Of a DNA stretch of 31,409 nt, positions 1-9,172 are shown one piece after another. Each line of letters begins with the position of its first letter. The stretch's first letter is position 1. The position numbers were made by a program, and so were the translations under genes. The stretch comes from Pyrobaculum sp. (GTDB lineage Archaea > Thermoproteota > Thermoprotei > Thermoproteales > Thermoproteaceae): positions 1 through 31,409 of the forward strand of contig JBKBOT010000017.1 in the NCBI GenBank assembly GCA_046293555.1, in the 5' to 3' direction. Below the pieces are notes generated by a model. It was not told the origin of the DNA and did no database searches. It saw only the letters and a list, made by a program, of their open reading frames with translations.

Positions 1-1
1 C

Positions 2-85
2 CCCGCCCTGGGCAAGCTGGCCGCCGACCTGGCGCTGGGGAGGGTCAAGGAGACGCCGCTAAATAGCGGAAGGTTTCTCCCCTAG
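2..85 (+). CDS. 3' end of a gene, probably FAD-dependent amino-acid/amine oxidoreductase (DAO/sarcosine oxidase family)
   Basis: Frame 2 reads PALGKLAADLALGRVKETPLNSGRFLP-TAG, resembling the C-terminal P-x-x-G-x-x-x-A-[ED]-L ... RF end of DAO-family flavoproteins; truncated by the window edge. Confidence 0.45.
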   Translation, partial: PALGKLAADLALGRVKETPLNSGRFLP

Positions 86-159
86 CGCCGGGGGTAAGTG
101 GCTGTAGGTATATATTTAAGTTTTATAGTTCATCTTACGGAGGTTTTTCTCTGGGTGGG

Positions 160-807
160 AGGCTAAAGGTGGCGCTTGTGGAGAGGTTGAGGGGGCCCGT
201 GGTGGTAGGTATCGGCCCTTGTCGCAGGTTAGAGAGGGGGAGCTAGGCGACTTTATACATGTGTAGAGTCTGGGGTGTGGGGCGGCGTGGCGCTTATGGA
301 TGCAGACCGCCGTGGGGCACTACGCCGTGTTGCCCACGCCGGAGCAGTACGTCCTCTATGAGGGGGGCGCCATAGGTGCCTCCTCCCTGGGGTTTCTGGA
401 GGTAGATAGAGAGGGAAATGTCACCCCGGCTCCCCGGGGGGCCGACGGGCCCCGGGGGCTTCCCCACAATTGCCATCGGGTCGCTCGGGCCGGGAGGTGG
501 AAGATAGAGGTGGGGGACTGTAGGCTATACATCAGGGAGGACGGGCCGGCGGTCAGTTCGTAAAGGGGGTCTTTCAGTGGGAGGCACGCAGTGGCGGAAG
601 ACAGAGAGGTACATCACAGAACGCGCCGTCTTCCGGCTGACAGATGGGGGGGTAGAGCTCGTGGAGTACGCCCCGGGGGTAGACCTAGAGAAGGTGTTGT
701 CAAAAATGGGCTTCACGCCTGTGCTGAAAATGCCCAGAGAGATATTTTGCGAAAAGAGGCTAGACCTGAGGAGAGAGGTGTTAAAGATGTTGGTCGAGAG
801 GTTATAG
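160..807 (+). pseudogene. Degraded acyl-CoA:acetate/propionate CoA-transferase (Pct/YdiF-type, C-terminal half)
   Basis: Collinear family motifs in different frames: VVVGIG (~199), VESGVWGG (~263), EQYVLYEGGAIGASSLGFLEVDREGNV (ORF 300-563), [37 protein letters not shown] (ORF 577-807); frameshifts and stops lie between them. Confidence 0.8.
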
Positions 808-2493
808 AATTTCGAAGTCCTGGAGGCGGCCTTCTGCCTCCTCCCACCTCACCTCTACCACCCTACATTGAAAGCCCCTACAGAGCTCCTCTATGAACTT
901 CCCCACCCTCTCCCTGTCTCCCTCAGCCACCACCTCCACTCTGCCGTCTGGCAGGTTTTTGGCGTAGCCCGTGAGCGCCAGGGCTTTTGCCCGCGCCCGC
1001 GCCGTGGGCCTAAAGCCCACACCCTGCACCTCGCCTTCTACCAACGCCACGGCTCTAGCCGCCTTGTCTACCACCCTCGCGAGGCCGCCTAACACCCTTG
1101 TGGCTAGCTTCTCTCTAAGCTTGTGGCTTGAGATGTAGACAAGGGCCTCTTCGGGCACAATAAGCCTGCCTGCCCCCTTGCCTAACACCTCGCCTATCGC
1201 CATGGGCTTTAGGTGTCTTATCTTGGCCAGCCTGTCTAGTATCTCCCCAGCCACCTTCTTGTGGGCAAAGATGGCCACCGCGCCGTTAGTGCCGGCGGTG
1301 GCGTCTGACATGACGTAATTCTCGGCGGCAAATTTAGACACCCTGTGTGACATCAGGGGGATGTCGGCCAGCTTTATGTCTACCCCAGCCCGCTCCGCCA
1401 CCTCTTTAAAGACAAAAACGCCGGGTCCCGACACGTCTATAGTGGCGGCGATGTGGGCCTGGGGGTCGAAGGGCTTGCCCAGTTCTGGCAGGTAGTCATA
1501 TATAACCCTGGCTACCTCCAGGTTGGGGGTGGCCATTATTTCCAACACTTTCTTCTTTTCTCTTTCAAACTCCTCTATCGGCATGACCTCTTTTTCGAAC
1601 TTCCTGTATAGCCCCTCGTCTGTATGTATGGCCACATATGTGGTGAAGTAAGCCAACTCGCCGAAGGGCCTAGTTATTAACACCACAAAGTCTTTTACAA
1701 TCTTGTCGTAAAATAGCGGCGGCTCTTTATCTAAAACGGCGTAGGCGGTGGCGCCAATTAGCAAATAGCCCCGCTGGGGCTGGGGGACCTCCACATATCT
1801 GCCCAACGTCGAGATGTGTTGTCTCACCCTGGCCTCGAGGGAGCTGCGGTACTGCGGCGGGGCGTCGTAAACCGGCGCGATGTGGAGATCCCTATAGGCG
1901 CCCTTGGAGTAAAGATCATTTAGGGCGTTGTTTATCGCCACGGCCACCTGTAGCGGCGAGTCGAAATCCTCGGAGGGGTCTATCACCTGTATGGTGTCGT
2001 TATTAGCCACCACGTATCCCTGTTGGCCCTCCGTCTTGAGGAAATCTACCATAAAGAACTCAGAGCCCTTCTTGGTGCTCACTATGCTATGACCTTTCCC
2101 GAGCCACACCTTGTGTCTAGAGGAGCCAAGAGCCTTATATAGGTTGGCCACATATCTTGCAAAAACCTCTGGCGTCCCCGCTTTGCCCATATATATTTGT
2201 ACTAACACGATGGCTACAGTGGGGGCAAACTTCTCGATAAATTCCGGCTCGATGGCGGGGCTCTCCACGTCGAGATATAGCCGTCTTAGCTCGGCATATT
2301 GGCCCGGCATTATGGCGGCGTCTTCCCTCGGCGCAATCACCAGGTTTAGCTTACGTACCTCGTCTTTTAGAAGCTGGAGGGCTGGATAGAGCACGTTGTA
2401 TAGATCCACCTTGACTGAACAGCCTAGCGAAAGCGACTCCAGCGCGATGCCCGCCTCGCGGTATAGCTTAACTCTCTCTCTAAACCGCTCCAT
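802..2493 (-). CDS. SelD-like (selenophosphate synthetase/AIR synthase superfamily) protein fused to a C-terminal acylphosphatase domain
   Basis: N-terminal GCSVKV (Cys-x-x-Lys as in SelD), [23 protein letters not shown]; C-terminal [11 protein letters not shown]...[17 protein letters not shown] acylphosphatase signature. ATG at 2493 overlaps the tusA TGA. Confidence 0.88.
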   Translation of the reverse strand: MERFRERVKLYREAGIALESLSLGCSVKVDLYNVLYPALQLLKDEVRKLNLVIAPREDAAIMPGQYAELRRLYLDVESPAIEPEFIEKFAPTVAIVLVQIYMGKAGTPEVFARYVANLYKALGSSRHKVWLGKGHSIVSTKKGSEFFMVDFLKTEGQQGYVVANNDTIQVIDPSEDFDSPLQVAVAINNALNDLYSKGAYRDLHIAPVYDAPPQYRSSLEARVRQHISTLGRYVEVPQPQRGYLLIGATAYAVLDKEPPLFYDKIVKDFVVLITRPFGELAYFTTYVAIHTDEGLYRKFEKEVMPIEEFEREKKKVLEIMATPNLEVARVIYDYLPELGKPFDPQAHIAATIDVSGPGVFVFKEVAERAGVDIKLADIPLMSHRVSKFAAENYVMSDATAGTNGAVAIFAHKKVAGEILDRLAKIRHLKPMAIGEVLGKGAGRLIVPEEALVYISSHKLREKLATRVLGGLARVVDKAARAVALVEGEVQGVGFRPTARARAKALALTGYAKNLPDGRVEVVAEGDRERVGKFIEELCRGFQCRVVEVRWEEAEGRLQDFEIL

Positions 2494-2732
2494 CACCTCT
2501 TCCTAATCCTGATCTTCCAGACCCCCGGCTCTACCTCCTCCACGCCCAGCACCTCGTGTCCCTCCCGTCTCGCCACAGCTGGCACGTTTTCACAGCTGGG
2601 GGGATTGTCTGTAATTATTTCCACCACGTCGCCGCTTTGCGCCTCCCGGAGGGCCTTCAACGTGGCCAGCTGGGGGTACGGACAGACGTATCCCCTCAGG
2701 TCTAGCACCACTCTTGACACAAGTCCAGTCAC
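2493..2732 (-). CDS. tusA: TusA/SirA-family sulfur carrier
   Basis: [11 protein letters not shown] (CPxP motif) and [10 protein letters not shown]; start inferred at GTG 2732 (alternative 2720), downstream of the TATA-like TTTTATA at 2760-2754. Confidence 0.9.
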   Translation of the reverse strand: MTGLVSRVVLDLRGYVCPYPQLATLKALREAQSGDVVEIITDNPPSCENVPAVARREGHEVLGVEEVEPGVWKIRIRKR

Positions 2733-2820
2733 GTCCCCATCTCTACCCCACAATATAAAAATTTCTAGAAGTGAAAAAATTGCCCACCAAGACGACAAAT
2801 GTACATAATTCCGGCCGGCC

Positions 2821-3183
2821 TTAAAAAACCACGATGTTGTTTACCTCCTCTAGGAAGGTAAACATGGAGGTCACCGCGTCGACTAGCTCCCTGTCTAGCT
2901 CCCCCTCCTTTACCCCATATATCTTGAGGGCTGTCTCACATACATATACCCTCAGCCCCAGGGGCTTCGCCGTTTTTAACAAGTCTCTCCAATACACCTT
3001 TAGCCTCCTCATGGCCTCTACCGCCGGTCCCCCCTCGGCGGCCCTGTTGGCAAGCGCCAATACGGCCTCCCCCGTGGCGAAGACAGAAACTTCCGACCCT
3101 CTTGCAAGCTCCGTGGCGATATAGGTCCCCGCCACGTAGAGAGAGACGGGGTCGCCCGACTTTAAAATTACCCCAATTTTCAC
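2821..3183 (-). CDS. DsrE/DsrF-family (peroxiredoxin-like) sulfur-relay protein
   Basis: 120 aa; VSVFATGEAV and RVYVCETALKIYG with the conserved Cys. Confidence 0.8.
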   Translation of the reverse strand: MKIGVILKSGDPVSLYVAGTYIATELARGSEVSVFATGEAVLALANRAAEGGPAVEAMRRLKVYWRDLLKTAKPLGLRVYVCETALKIYGVKEGELDRELVDAVTSMFTFLEEVNNIVVF

Positions 3184-3232
3184 ACCAGCTGTATGTTGAA
3201 AAAATAAATTTTTTTCACAAATGGCAATTTTT

Positions 3233-4216
3233 TCACTTTAAATATCTAGCCAGCCCTAGAGACTCTAATGCCGCCATCAGGGGGCCGAGGTGTTCCCCAG
3301 GGTCTCTCTTCTCAAATCTCACAAATATCGCCGAGACGTATTTCCTCATCAACTCCGGGCGGTCGTTTAGCTTTAACAACGCCTCGACTATCTTTTGCTT
3401 AATCTCGGGTGGGAGGTCTTTCCTGACTAAAACCACATGTGAGGGGTTGGGGCCTGCCTTAGCCTCTTCCCCAGTGTGGAGGAGTAACACCCGGCTGTTG
3501 TTCATAGCGTCGTAATATAGCTTTAACGCCACGTCGCCAGCCATCACCGTGACGTCTACATGTCCCCCCTTTAACGCCTCCCAACACTGGGCGTAACCCC
3601 CGCCGAATTTAACCTCGCCGAAAAACTTCAGGGGGAGTTCTGACGGCTTTGTGACTCCCGTCGTGTCTATATACCCCCTGTCTAGAAGAAGCTTCATGGG
3701 CATGATGAAGCCCGACACAGAAGTCTCAGAGGGGAAGCAAGCCCGCCTCCCTTTCAGCTCGTCGAGAGTGCGATATGGCGATTCTTTCAACACTATGAAG
3801 TAGCTATAGTAATAGGGGGCGGCTGTGGGCTTGTCTATTACCACCTCCCGTATCTCCACAAGCGGCATCTCCACCTCAGCCTCCCTCATGGCTATAGCCC
3901 CCACCAGAGAGCCCACCCCCAGCGCCACGTGGGCGTGTTTAAACTTTAGCGACTCCACCACGGCGGCTGTGCTAAGGGGGTAGTATATCTCTACCCTCAT
4001 CCCAAGCTCTCTTTCTAGAAACTGCCGTAGTTCCTCGGCCTCAGCGACAGTTACTCTTGTAGAGACGCCGGGGTTTACCACCACTACAATTTTGTCCTCC
4101 ACGATTTTGCTTGCTTCAATCTTGTCGCCGCCCGGCCATATGGCTAACGCTATGGCCAGAATTACGACAATTATCAATACTGCGACTAACACTTTTGCTA
4201 CTTTTGTTTGAACCAT
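3233..4216 (-). CDS. phnD: PhnD-family (phosphate/phosphite/phosphonate-type) ABC substrate-binding protein, N-terminally membrane anchored
   Basis: Hydrophobic N-terminal helix, YYSYFIV, LDELKGRRACF.SETSVSGF..P, LVRKDLPPEIKQKI; start taken at ATG 4216. Confidence 0.82.
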   Translation of the reverse strand: MVQTKVAKVLVAVLIIVVILAIALAIWPGGDKIEASKIVEDKIVVVVNPGVSTRVTVAEAEELRQFLERELGMRVEIYYPLSTAAVVESLKFKHAHVALGVGSLVGAIAMREAEVEMPLVEIREVVIDKPTAAPYYYSYFIVLKESPYRTLDELKGRRACFPSETSVSGFIMPMKLLLDRGYIDTTGVTKPSELPLKFFGEVKFGGGYAQCWEALKGGHVDVTVMAGDVALKLYYDAMNNSRVLLLHTGEEAKAGPNPSHVVLVRKDLPPEIKQKIVEALLKLNDRPELMRKYVSAIFVRFEKRDPGEHLGPLMAALESLGLARYLK

Positions 4217-4240
4217 GTGAGACTTATGATTGGTATTTTT

Positions 4241-4260
4241 AAGCATTAACACTGTTAATG
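4241..4260. promoter_or_regulatory. Palindromic operator CATTAACA-C-TGTTAATG next to the phnD TATA box
   Basis: Perfect 8-bp arms at 4244-4251 and 4253-4260; TATA-like TTAAAAA on the minus strand at 4242-4236. Confidence 0.6.
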
Positions 4261-4454
4261 TTTCTAAAGAGAAGTTAGTTCTAACTGGAAAGTAGTAAGC
4301 TCTATATGAACATCGAAATGGCGGCTATTTACTAAGTTAATTGTCTATAGTGCAGATGGGTGAATTAACCTGGGCCTTTTTACACAGTGTTATATTTCTA
4401 TTTCGATGTTTAGATAGAAGTAGAATTTGTTTCGATTTCCTTTTAATACCTTTT

Positions 4455-4469
4455 ACAGTGTTAATGCTT
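4455..4469. promoter_or_regulatory. Second operator copy ahead of phnC
   Basis: ACAGTGTTAATGCTT is the exact reverse complement of 4241-4255 and is followed by TTTTAT and the ATG at 4494. Confidence 0.6.
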
Positions 4470-4493
4470 TTATGTACATAATAGAGGCTAGAC

Positions 4494-5111
4494 ATGCTTG
4501 TAGTTAAGTCTCTAGAGTTTTGGTATAACCACAAGGCGGCGTTGTTAAGAGACATCTCTCTAGAGGTGTGGCGTGGGGAGAGGATAGTCATTATGGGGAA
4601 AAGTGGCGTGGGGAAGACCACCCTCTTGAAGATATTGGCGGGGCTTTTGTCTCCCCGCAGGGGGGTTGTGGAGAATAGGTTTAGAACTGCATATATCCCA
4701 CAAAACTTGGGCCTTGTGGAGACGGCGACGGCTTTAGAAAATGTGCTTTACGCCACGTTAGACACCGCCGGCCTTCTGTTTGGATTCTGGCGGAGAGAGG
4801 CGGCGGAGAGGGCAAGCCGGGCCCTCGAGGCTGTGGGCCTTCTCGAGAGGAGAAACATGAAGGTGAGCTCTCTCAGCGGCGGGGAGAGACAGAGGGTGGC
4901 TATCGCCAGGGCGTTAATGCAGGAGGCAGAGCTAATTCTGGCAGACGAGCCAGTCTCCAACCTGGACGTGGAAAACGCCAGAGCTGTCCTCAAGCTCTTC
5001 ACAAACCTCCCCGCAGCCGTCGTGGCCGTAATGCACGACGTGGATTTAGCCATGGAGTTCTTCCACAGGGGCTACAGGCTTGAAGGGGGGAGGCTAGTGG
5101 AGCTATGGTGA
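4494..5111 (+). CDS. phnC: PhnC-like ABC ATPase
   Basis: Walker A GKSGVGKT, LSGGERQRVAIARALMQ, LILADEPVSNLD (PhnC-like), H-loop. Confidence 0.85.
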   Translation: MLVVKSLEFWYNHKAALLRDISLEVWRGERIVIMGKSGVGKTTLLKILAGLLSPRRGVVENRFRTAYIPQNLGLVETATALENVLYATLDTAGLLFGFWRREAAERASRALEAVGLLERRNMKVSSLSGGERQRVAIARALMQEAELILADEPVSNLDVENARAVLKLFTNLPAAVVAVMHDVDLAMEFFHRGYRLEGGRLVELW

Positions 5112-5824
5112 TACCCCTCTTGGCCTTGTTGACAATTGTGCTGGGGCTAGCGGTGGGGCTACATGCGGCAGACTGGGGGAAGGCTTTTACAAACCTGGCG
5201 GTATTTCTGTCCAACATCTCTCTAGAGCCTGAAGTACTCCACGCCGCCCTATACGCGCTATATGAGACGTTGGTAATGTCTATATTCGCCACGGCGGCTG
5301 CCGTCCTTATCTCTGTCCCCCTCGCCGGGCTTTCTGCCGGCAACCTGTCCCCCACCCCACTTGCGATAACTGTCAGATCTATAGCCACCTTCTTTAGGAC
5401 AATTCCAGCCCTCCTCTGGGCCGTTGTCGCAGTTGTGATGTTTGGCCCGGGGCAGGTGGCGGGAGCCCTCGCGTTGACTATATACAGCGTCGGCTACCTC
5501 ACAAAGCTGTATTACGAGACTTTTGAGAACGTAGACGCCGGCTTTCTAGACGCCATGAGGGCAATGGGGGCCCGGGGGATAAAGTTAATACATCTCACAT
5601 ATTTACAACAGAGGCGGCAGTTTATCACTAACACCATCTTTATCTTTGAGTACAACGTCCGTACGGCCACAATAATTGGCTTCGTGGGGGCAGGCGGCGT
5701 GGGGTACTACATAGCGCAATATCTCTCCCTCCTTAGATACGACGCCGTGGTGACAATAGTGTTAATCACACTTGTTTTTGTCTTGGCGTTAGAGGGCATC
5801 TCATATCTGGCGAGGAGGAGGTGA
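5105..5824 (+). CDS. phnE: PhnE-like ABC permease
   Basis: RTIPALLWA, GPGQVAGALAL, KLYYETFE, FEYNVRTATIIGFVGAGGVG, typical of PhnE. Confidence 0.88.
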   Translation: MVIPLLALLTIVLGLAVGLHAADWGKAFTNLAVFLSNISLEPEVLHAALYALYETLVMSIFATAAAVLISVPLAGLSAGNLSPTPLAITVRSIATFFRTIPALLWAVVAVVMFGPGQVAGALALTIYSVGYLTKLYYETFENVDAGFLDAMRAMGARGIKLIHLTYLQQRRQFITNTIFIFEYNVRTATIIGFVGAGGVGYYIAQYLSLLRYDAVVTIVLITLVFVLALEGISYLARRR

Positions 5825-5839
5825 AAGGGGGGCTAAAAA

Positions 5840-6877
5840 TTAGAGCCTCGCCCTTATCTTTAGCCCAGCTATGGCACCGGCCAGGAGGCCTAGGGCGTAT
5901 AGCCACCCCTCTACCCTCAAGGCGGCGGTGGCGCTATAGAAGCCAGAGACGTTACAGCCCACAGCCAGCCACGCCCCCAGCCCCATGAGAAAGCCGCCGG
6001 CGAAGGCCACTATGGCCGACTTCTTGTCTACCTTAGAGAAGCCTAGGTACTCCCCTCTATATAGCGCGGAGACCGCAGCGCCGGCGATCATGGCCATAAT
6101 GAGTAACAACAGTGGGTCTTCTGGCGGCGGCCTTAAGCCGCCTGCAAAGCTGACCCAGCTTTCTGGCGGCTGGAGGCTTGCCGTATATACCACAGCCCTT
6201 GTGATGGGGACTTGTGTAATTAAAGCCCCATATGTGGCAAACTGTATGACCCACAGCGCCGCAAATAAAATCGCCGCGATGTATACCGGCGCCCTTAGGT
6301 CTGAAAAGGGCCGCGTGCCCTCTTTCCTGTATAGATACAAGACGGCGCCAAATACCACCGCGGCGTTTATGACAAAACTGATGTGTGGCCCCAGGAGAAG
6401 CCAGGGCCTGGCGCCATATTGCATAAATAGCTCTGCAATTGGCCAGGTGGCGAAGACCCCGACGGCGGCGCCAGTCAGTATGCCCACAAAGGCGACGGCG
6501 TGTTGCAAGCTGCCGCTCCCCAGCCTAAAGATAGTGCCAGTGATACAGCCGCCGGCGAGAGCCATCCCCACGCCAAATAACACAGAGCCTAGAAAGATGT
6601 GGAGGCTGGCTGGGGGGAGGCTGGGGACTGTAAACCCAGTTGCCTCTAGCGCCAAGGCGCCGGCGCTAGCAGTCAAGATGGAGAGAAGTATCGCCCTAGT
6701 GAGGGCTAGATTCCAGCCGTAGAAGGCAGTGGCGAAACATATCTTGCCCCATTGTAACAAAAAGCCGTACGCCAGGCCGAATAGGATGAAGACTGCCGCA
6801 GTGGCGAACCCCGCCATGTGGTATATCGCGGCGGCGAGGAGAGACGCCGCCAGAACCGCCAGAGCCGCTAGCCGCAT
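5840..6877 (-). CDS. YeeE/YedE (TsuA-type) thiosulfate/sulfur transporter
   Basis: Polytopic membrane protein with three family Cys motifs: GKICF, GMALAGGCITG, LAVGCNV. Confidence 0.88.
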   Translation of the reverse strand: MRLAALAVLAASLLAAAIYHMAGFATAAVFILFGLAYGFLLQWGKICFATAFYGWNLALTRAILLSILTASAGALALEATGFTVPSLPPASLHIFLGSVLFGVGMALAGGCITGTIFRLGSGSLQHAVAFVGILTGAAVGVFATWPIAELFMQYGARPWLLLGPHISFVINAAVVFGAVLYLYRKEGTRPFSDLRAPVYIAAILFAALWVIQFATYGALITQVPITRAVVYTASLQPPESWVSFAGGLRPPPEDPLLLLIMAMIAGAAVSALYRGEYLGFSKVDKKSAIVAFAGGFLMGLGAWLAVGCNVSGFYSATAALRVEGWLYALGLLAGAIAGLKIRARL

Positions 6878-7611
6878 GTCCCCACCTTAAGTAGAAGCTC
6901 TGGGGTAGCTACCAGCCTGTATTCCAACACGCCTTGCCCCACTGCCACAATATAGGCGTCGTCAAACTCCTCGCTAGTTTTAACCAAGCTGCCGCCATCT
7001 ATACAGGACTCCGGCTTACATAACTCCTCTAGCGGCGTGCCGCGTGTCAGCTTTCTGTAGTCTGAACTCCACAAGACCGCCACCTTGAGGCCGGGGGTGG
7101 CGTTTAGCTCCAGCCTAGTTCCCGGCGAGAACAACGGTATTTTCACCACGTAGGGCCTCTCCGCCGTGGAGTTCACCACGGCCTTTATTTTAGCCCGTAG
7201 GACCTCGCCGCCTTTTCGTAACACCGCCGCGGCGTCGTCCACCTTCCCCATGGCGATACTGTAGGCTACGGGGATGTTGGCAATAACTACATAGCTGACG
7301 TCGTAAAGGGCGGGCAACGCCGTCTCTACATACGTCACGTTTTTAAACTCGTAGACAGGTCTAAACACGCCGCGTAGGTAGTCACGTTCCTCAACTACAT
7401 ACACCGAGGCCGGGGCGTTTGAGGTCAGCGATAATAACGGCCTGTCTCCAGCCTTAAGCGTGAGTTTAGTTGGGCTGTCTGGCGTAATAACCTGGCTGAC
7501 AGCCGGCGCTGTATGTTGTTCGAGAGCCTGCGGCTGGGCCTTGCCGGAGAGGTAAATTAGGGCGAAGGCGATTAAAAAAAGTGGGAAGATTAGTGCTGTA
7601 TATTGCCTCAT
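6868..7611 (-). CDS. Hypothetical exported or membrane-anchored protein
   Basis: N-terminal hydrophobic helix, then an apparently beta-rich soluble domain; 2 nt from the upstream gene and overlapping yeeE. Confidence 0.75.
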   Translation of the reverse strand: MRQYTALIFPLFLIAFALIYLSGKAQPQALEQHTAPAVSQVITPDSPTKLTLKAGDRPLLSLTSNAPASVYVVEERDYLRGVFRPVYEFKNVTYVETALPALYDVSYVVIANIPVAYSIAMGKVDDAAAVLRKGGEVLRAKIKAVVNSTAERPYVVKIPLFSPGTRLELNATPGLKVAVLWSSDYRKLTRGTPLEELCKPESCIDGGSLVKTSEEFDDAYIVAVGQGVLEYRLVATPELLLKVGTCG

Positions 7612-7613
7612 GT

Positions 7614-8996
7614 CTACGGTCCCCAGTATCTTGCCAACATGGAGTTAACCCAGGCTAGTTTATGTTGTTTAAATATCTCTGTTGGCTCATCCACTTTCGG
7701 ATAGCCCGGCATGGTTTTACCCTCATCGTCCCACCAGACCTCGATTCTGGTGAGGAAGTTTTTACTTACGTAACTCCAACAGACGTTATTTACCTTTCTG
7801 ATCTCTGCCGGCCTTTTTCCAAACATGTCGGCAAATATGTCGGCAAGCCTCTGCGCCTCCGTGACGGCGGCGTACATGGACTTTGTATACGGCGCCGCGA
7901 TGTGATCGCCTAAGCCAAAGACGTCGTCAAATTTCTTACTTCTAAACTTCGAGACGTCTACCTCCATAAAGGTGGCCCCCAGGCCGGCATTTCTCACAAA
8001 AGCCGGTGCTAGATTTCTCGGCAGTATTGAAATTAGGTCGAAACTAAACTTCTCGCCCTTGTCTGTCTCCACAACTTTCGCCGCGGGGTCTACCCTAACT
8101 ACTTTCTGCCCTGAGATGTATTCAACGCCTTGTTTGTCTATCCATTCTCTAAATATCTTAGCCTTTGGCGGCGGCTGTGGGTTGGCGTTGGCGTCAATTA
8201 ACGTCACCTTTACCCCCTTGGCCTTAACGGCCTCAGCTGTCAACAGAGTTACCTCATATGGGGCGGGGGGACATTTATAGGGCGCGGAAGGCACGGCGAA
8301 GACTACCTTGCCGCCTGTGGGGAGAGCTAGCGCCTTTTCTCTTAGGGCAAGCGCGGTGGAGGGATACCAGGCGTGGTAGTTCGGTACTTTGTCTAAATTC
8401 TCGACTTCCCACCAGGCTAGATCTATACCCGGGGAGAGCACCAGGTAGTCATAACTGATTTTACCCACTTCTGTATACACCACCCTGTTTTGAGGATCTA
8501 GAGAGGTGACTGTGCCATATACCACCCTAACGGCGTCTTTCACAGCCAGGTTGTCTATAGACACAGTTACCTTCTCCATGGGGACCTCCCCGGCGACGAA
8601 GTCTGTATGCGAGGGGCCTGAGACCCAGTAGTTATGTCTGTCTACTATTGTGATTACAAAGGGCTTCTCGCCTGGGAAGTGGTGTAGTAACTCTCTTGTA
8701 AACGCGGCGCCGCCGGGGCCGCCTCCTACCACCACTATGTGTTTTTTGCCAGGTACGCGCCAGGTTAGGTCGTTATTTACCGCCGTGACGCGTGTGGGCG
8801 CCACAGTCTGTGTGACAGTCTGGGTGACTGTAGTCTGTTGTGTCACAGTTGTCGTCTGTGTTGTCGTCTCTGTGATGGTCTCCCTTCTTGGAAAGGCCGA
8901 CGAGCCGATGGCGGCGCCTACCACAAGGCCCACAATACCTGCAGCAGCTGCCTTCAAGAAGTCGCGCCTACCCTCTCTCCTCTCGCTTCCAGCCAT
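7614..8996 (-). CDS. Tat-exported FAD-dependent sulfide dehydrogenase flavoprotein (FccB/SoxF-like, Sqr superfamily)
   Basis: RRDFLK Tat motif, VVVGGGPGG FAD site, YKCPPAPYE and NNVCWS redox cysteines, FGLGD; start taken at ATG 8996. Confidence 0.85.
   Translation of the reverse strand: MAGSERREGRRDFLKAAAAGIVGLVVGAAIGSSAFPRRETITETTTQTTTVTQQTTVTQTVTQTVAPTRVTAVNNDLTWRVPGKKHIVVVGGGPGGAAFTRELLHHFPGEKPFVITIVDRHNYWVSGPSHTDFVAGEVPMEKVTVSIDNLAVKDAVRVVYGTVTSLDPQNRVVYTEVGKISYDYLVLSPGIDLAWWEVENLDKVPNYHAWYPSTALALREKALALPTGGKVVFAVPSAPYKCPPAPYEVTLLTAEAVKAKGVKVTLIDANANPQPPPKAKIFREWIDKQGVEYISGQKVVRVDPAAKVVETDKGEKFSFDLISILPRNLAPAFVRNAGLGATFMEVDVSKFRSKKFDDVFGLGDHIAAPYTKSMYAAVTEAQRLADIFADMFGKRPAEIRKVNNVCWSYVSKNFLTRIEVWWDDEGKTMPGYPKVDEPTEIFKQHKLAWVNSMLARYWGP
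8795..8880 (-). repeat. Thr/Gln-rich low-complexity linker (TITETTTQTTTVTQQTTVTQTVTQT)
   Basis: Imperfect ACA/GTC/CAG codon repeats between the signal anchor and the FAD domain. Confidence 0.7.
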
Positions 8997-9172
8997 ACGC
9001 AACTGTATACATCTATTAAAAAATGTTATTATCTAGCAATCTGAGAATAGTTTTTTGGGAAAATATCTGCAACTCTAGCTCTTTGCCCAAAGACTCGGCC
9101 GGCATGGTGCCGCGCGTCTTGGTGTTGGCTCTGGCGTCAGCCATATTTATTAACTCTTATCGAGATTTCTTC

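Noticed and set aside
2405-2435. Possible selenocysteine (in-frame TGA) at the SelD catalytic position
   Set aside because: The codon is TGT (Cys); no in-frame TGA read-through is needed in any gene of the cluster
3233-5824. Phosphonate utilisation (C-P lyase) or phosphite oxidation pathway
   Set aside because: No phnG-M or ptxD genes in the window, and the binding residues diverge
5985-6722. 245-aa plus-strand ORF, and many similar antisense ORFs over selD-like, dsrA, aprA and dsrN
   Set aside because: Shadow frames of well-supported genes on the opposite strand, with no motifs of their own
9090-9120. GC-rich hairpin (CGGCA-TGG-TGCCG) in the fccB/nifX intergenic region
   Set aside because: Only a 5-bp core stem, which is expected by chance
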